From assembly GCF_030144855.1 (NCBI RefSeq), contig NC_082730.1:13330001-13394000 (forward strand): a DNA stretch of 64,000 bases, read 5' to 3'. This document shows, one piece after another, positions 60,481 through 64,000 of the stretch (positions are counted from its first letter, which is position 1; every line of letters begins with the position of its first letter). The notes below the pieces were generated by a model. That model saw only the letters and a list, made by a program, of their open reading frames with translations, had not been told where the DNA came from and ran no database searches. A program made the position numbers and the translations under genes. The stretch comes from Hypanus sabinus. Its lineage: Eukaryota.

Positions 60481-63400
60481 AGTAACAACTTCTGCCCATC
60501 TGCTCTCTGATTTCTGAACAGAGATTGAGCTCATAAACCCCACATCGCTTCTTCTTTTTCTATTTTTGCAACTTATGTAATAAAACAAATTGTATCTGTT
60601 ATATATTTTTACAACTCTTCAGCTTACTTTGATCCTGTTTAGTAGCTCGCCAGCCTGCCCCCATACCAGACGGTGATACAAACAGTCAGTATATATCTAC
60701 ACACAGTACCTACTGTAATTCAGTTTTTCCCTATATTATCATGTATGGTGTTGTACAGCTGGTGCAAAGTTAACAAATTTCATGAAATATGTTGGTGATA
60801 TTAAACCTGATTCTAATTCTGATTCTTGTTGAGAACAGGTTGTGATTTCTGGGAAAATGATCCCTGCTGTGTTTCAGCGAAAGACTCACTGCCTTCACAG
60901 GGCAACCAGAGATCGAGAGTAAATTCTGCCCTTGTAATGATACCCAGATCTCAATGAAATTATTAGGGGATCATCCAGTGTGACTTTTTGGGTGAAACTC
61001 AGAGGAAGAACTGGGTGAATACTTTATTTGGATTATACCAGAGGCCGCCTAATAATAAACCCAGATTAGTGGAACAATTTCTTCAAGGTGGTTGCAGAAA
61101 GTTGCATGAATATTAGGTTTGCAACAGTAAATGATTTAACTTTTTAAATAAAGAGTGAATCTGCTTTAGTGCTAAGGAAATTGATGGGATTGTATTTATT
61201 AATTGCTTTCAGAAATGTTCCCTCAAGCAACATATAGAAGGCTCTGCTACAGAGAGGGAAAAGCCCAATGTATTCTTAGGAAATGGGCTTGACAAATTGG
61301 AGCATGGCCAATTGTGATGGTATTAGATAGAAACCTGCTGAACTTGATAGTAATATTTTGTTTGTGGACAAGTTGGCAACTGACAAATGGGAATTTTGTA
61401 AAAGTGAGATAATCCATATTCCCTTTGGAGGCTGGCAGGAACAAAGAATTCTTAATCATTTTCACATTATCAGCCAATGATTTGGATGATGGAATTGATT
61501 GCTTTGTGGTTGATTTACAGACGATTTAAAGATAGGTGAAAAGACAGGTAATTTTAAGTAGGCGGGCCACCTGCACAAGGTTTTCAACAGATAAAGGCAT
61601 CCACTATTTTCTAAATGAGGTGAAAAGTCAAAAATGAGAGGTACAAAGGTACTTGGATTCCTTTTTCAGAATTCCTTAAAGGTTAACTTGTAGTTTGAGT
61701 CAATGGTATGGAAGGTAAATGTTATGTTAGTATTCATATTGAGAGGACAAGAATAAAAAAACAGTGATGTAAAGTCGAGCCTTCATAAGGCCATTGGTCA
61801 CAGAGAATTGTGAGCAGTTTTAGGCCTCTTATCGAAGAAAAGATGTGCTGTCATTGGAGAAGATGACAAGAATCATTCTGGGGATGAAAACATTAACATT
61901 TAAGTTGCATTTGATTGCTCTGGGCTGATACTTGCTGATGTCTGGAAGAATAATGTGGGGGGATCTCACTGAAACCAAATGAATACTGGAAAAAACTCTG
62001 GAGTTCATTGCAACAGATACCTGTGGAAGCCAGGTCATGGGGTATATTTAAAATGGGGGTTTGCAAGTTCTTGGTTGGTCTGGATTATCAAAGGTTACAG
62101 GGAGAAGACAGGAGAATGGGATTGAGAGAGATAATAGATCAGTAATAATGGAATGGTGGAACAAAAGGGATGAGTTTCCTTCTCACTCTTACACATGTTA
62201 TTAAACTTCTTTCAATACTTTCAGAATTCCACAAGCTGAGTTGTTAGAGTGAAGGGCATTCATTCTGAGCTGAAGAAAATGTTCGTATTGGGGAGGGGTA
62301 CGATGCCATGACCAACATTGGTACTGTAGACATAGGTAGAGCTTTGATGGAGTTTCTGATGAAGGATTTTGAGAGGCTTGGGGGAAACTGTATGATTACA
62401 GAATCAACAGGACTGAGTACTCATTCATCCAGAATATTCCAAAACAAATGGACATAAAGGAAAGGTGATAGTTTATTTGTTATTAATCAGGAAATTTGTC
62501 AGAGTGGTGTTGCGCTGTTAGGGTTGAGTCTGTGGGTTGTAACGTAGAATCAGAATGGTTAAAATCACAAAGTGCATGGCTAAGGTAAGAGTTGTCTACT
62601 CACTGCCAAAATTTCACCCTATATTAGTGCAGAGCATAAATGTGGAAATCACTAAGGCATGTTTGAAGGGAGCTGCAATTGTCACTGGAAAGTTCAGTGG
62701 GAATTGGAATTGTTTGATTATTGTCACATATACGAAGATCCAGTGGAAAACTTTTGTTTGAACTCCCTCCAGACAGATCATTATCAACATCAGTATGTCA
62801 AGGCAGTAAAGGGAAAACAAAATGCAGAATGTAATATGCAGGTACAGAGAAATGCAAGGGATACATGAGGTAGTTTGGAAGATCTGAGGTTCAACTTTGA
62901 GTGTATGAAAGGTCTGCTCAGGATCTGTTTACAGTGGGTACAGAAGGTGTCCTCGAGCCTGGTGGTACATGCTCTAAAACATTTGTTTCCCTCTCATAGA
63001 CGGGAGGAGGGAGAAGAGCAAATTATCTGGGTGAAAGGGGTCCTTGATTTTTGATGGATGCTTTCCTGAGCCATAGACAAGAGAGACCAAAGAAGGGAGA
63101 CTGGTTTAGCTGATGGATTGAGTTATGTTCACAGCTCTTGTGGTCTTTGGAAGAGCAGTTGCTATAAAAATAGTGATTCATCCAGATCGGATGCCTTCTG
63201 TGGTGCATCTAATAAAATTGGCGTTGGTCATTGGGAGATGCCAAATTTTCTTAAGCTACTGATGAAGTTGCGGTGTCAGTGTCCTTTCTTGAGTATAGCA
63301 TCTGTATGGCTGGGTCAGGACAAATTCTTAGTGATACTTACGGCTGTGACTTTGAAGTTCTCAACCATCTCCAACTCTGCATTAATGATGCATACACAAG

Positions 63401-63624
63401 CACATGCTGCAACCTACTTTTTTAATGTCAATGACCAGCTCCTTCGTATTGATTACAAGCAAGAGTATCAAAGAGAAAAAAATTGTAGAGTACATGAGGA
63501 CTTAATTTTCAGAGCAATATGTTATGGAGCTTACCCAGGAACTAGCTCATGTGAGCAAGTTTTTGCTGGGAAATACACTCAGTGGCCACTTTATTAGGTA
63601 CACTACATATCATTATGTTAGGTA

Positions 63625-64000
63625 ATAAAAAACTTCAGTTCCCAATGGGCAATGCAGGGAGTTCAACCCAGTGTCATACCTGAAGAGGGTGCAATGGCTA
63701 ACCCAAGAAAGACGTCGGATGCTGAAAACATGGAGTGTCCATAAACAGCGAGGAGATGAGACATTTCTTGGGGATGGAGATTTTTCTGGCTACGTTCACC
63801 CTTGACTGTCAGCTGTGTCAAACCACTTGCGTCACTCCTTGAGAATCAAAGTTATCTCATGAGCAAGAAGATTGTTTTCAAATGCTGAAAAGAGTCATCT
63901 CTAAAGAGACAGGCTGAAGTTCTATGATCCAGAAAGTTGTACTGGAACCTCAGCTGATATGTCCCAAAATGGCTTTGAATCAGTCCTACTGCAGCAGCAT
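63625..64000 (+). mobile_element. Gypsy RT-RNase H fragment running off the window
   Basis: IPEEGAMANPRK..RHFLGM..FL motif, then ..YDPE...ADMS.NG..SVLLQQ. Confidence 0.7.

Noticed and set aside
60880-60930. Possible leader exon for gene B (LLSISGCPVKA|gtgagt)
   Set aside because: No in-frame ATG nearby, wrong phase (0), and the donor is not conserved in the gene A copy.
1-64000. CRISPR arrays, rRNA or prokaryotic systems
   Set aside because: There are no regularly spaced repeat-spacer arrays or operon-like gene density; the sequence is vertebrate intron- and TE-rich DNA.

Overview
This is eukaryotic, repeat-dense genomic DNA, most likely from a cartilaginous fish (inferred from the mix of CR1, Rex1/Babar, Penelope-like, tRNA-SINE, Tc1, hAT and Gypsy repeats; not verified). 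Nearly all long ORFs in the track are transposon debris. The host content is a minus-strand cluster of CD300/pIgR-like (CMRF35-like) Ig V-type receptor genes, which I rebuilt by hand from splice sites and intron phases. Gene B looks intact but its 5' end is missing from the window: V 59364-59675, two tandem phase-1/2 mucin stalk exons (55293-55413 and 52898-53024), uncharged TM 48309-48424, and cytoplasmic exons 48173-48230 and 47059-47197. The two stalk exons cannot both be included in frame. Gene A is its decaying paralogue and may have had three V domains: leader 22164-22203, V1 18511-18824 (1-nt frameshift), V2 15568-15879 (open), V3 10423-10746 (4 stops), TM 2049-2164, and tail exons 1902-1959 and 1272-1437 (two donors lost). 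A weaker third TM plus tyrosine-motif tail remnant lies at about 25.4-26.0 kb. Exon coordinates were read base by base, but no transcript evidence is available. Most repeat boundaries are approximate.
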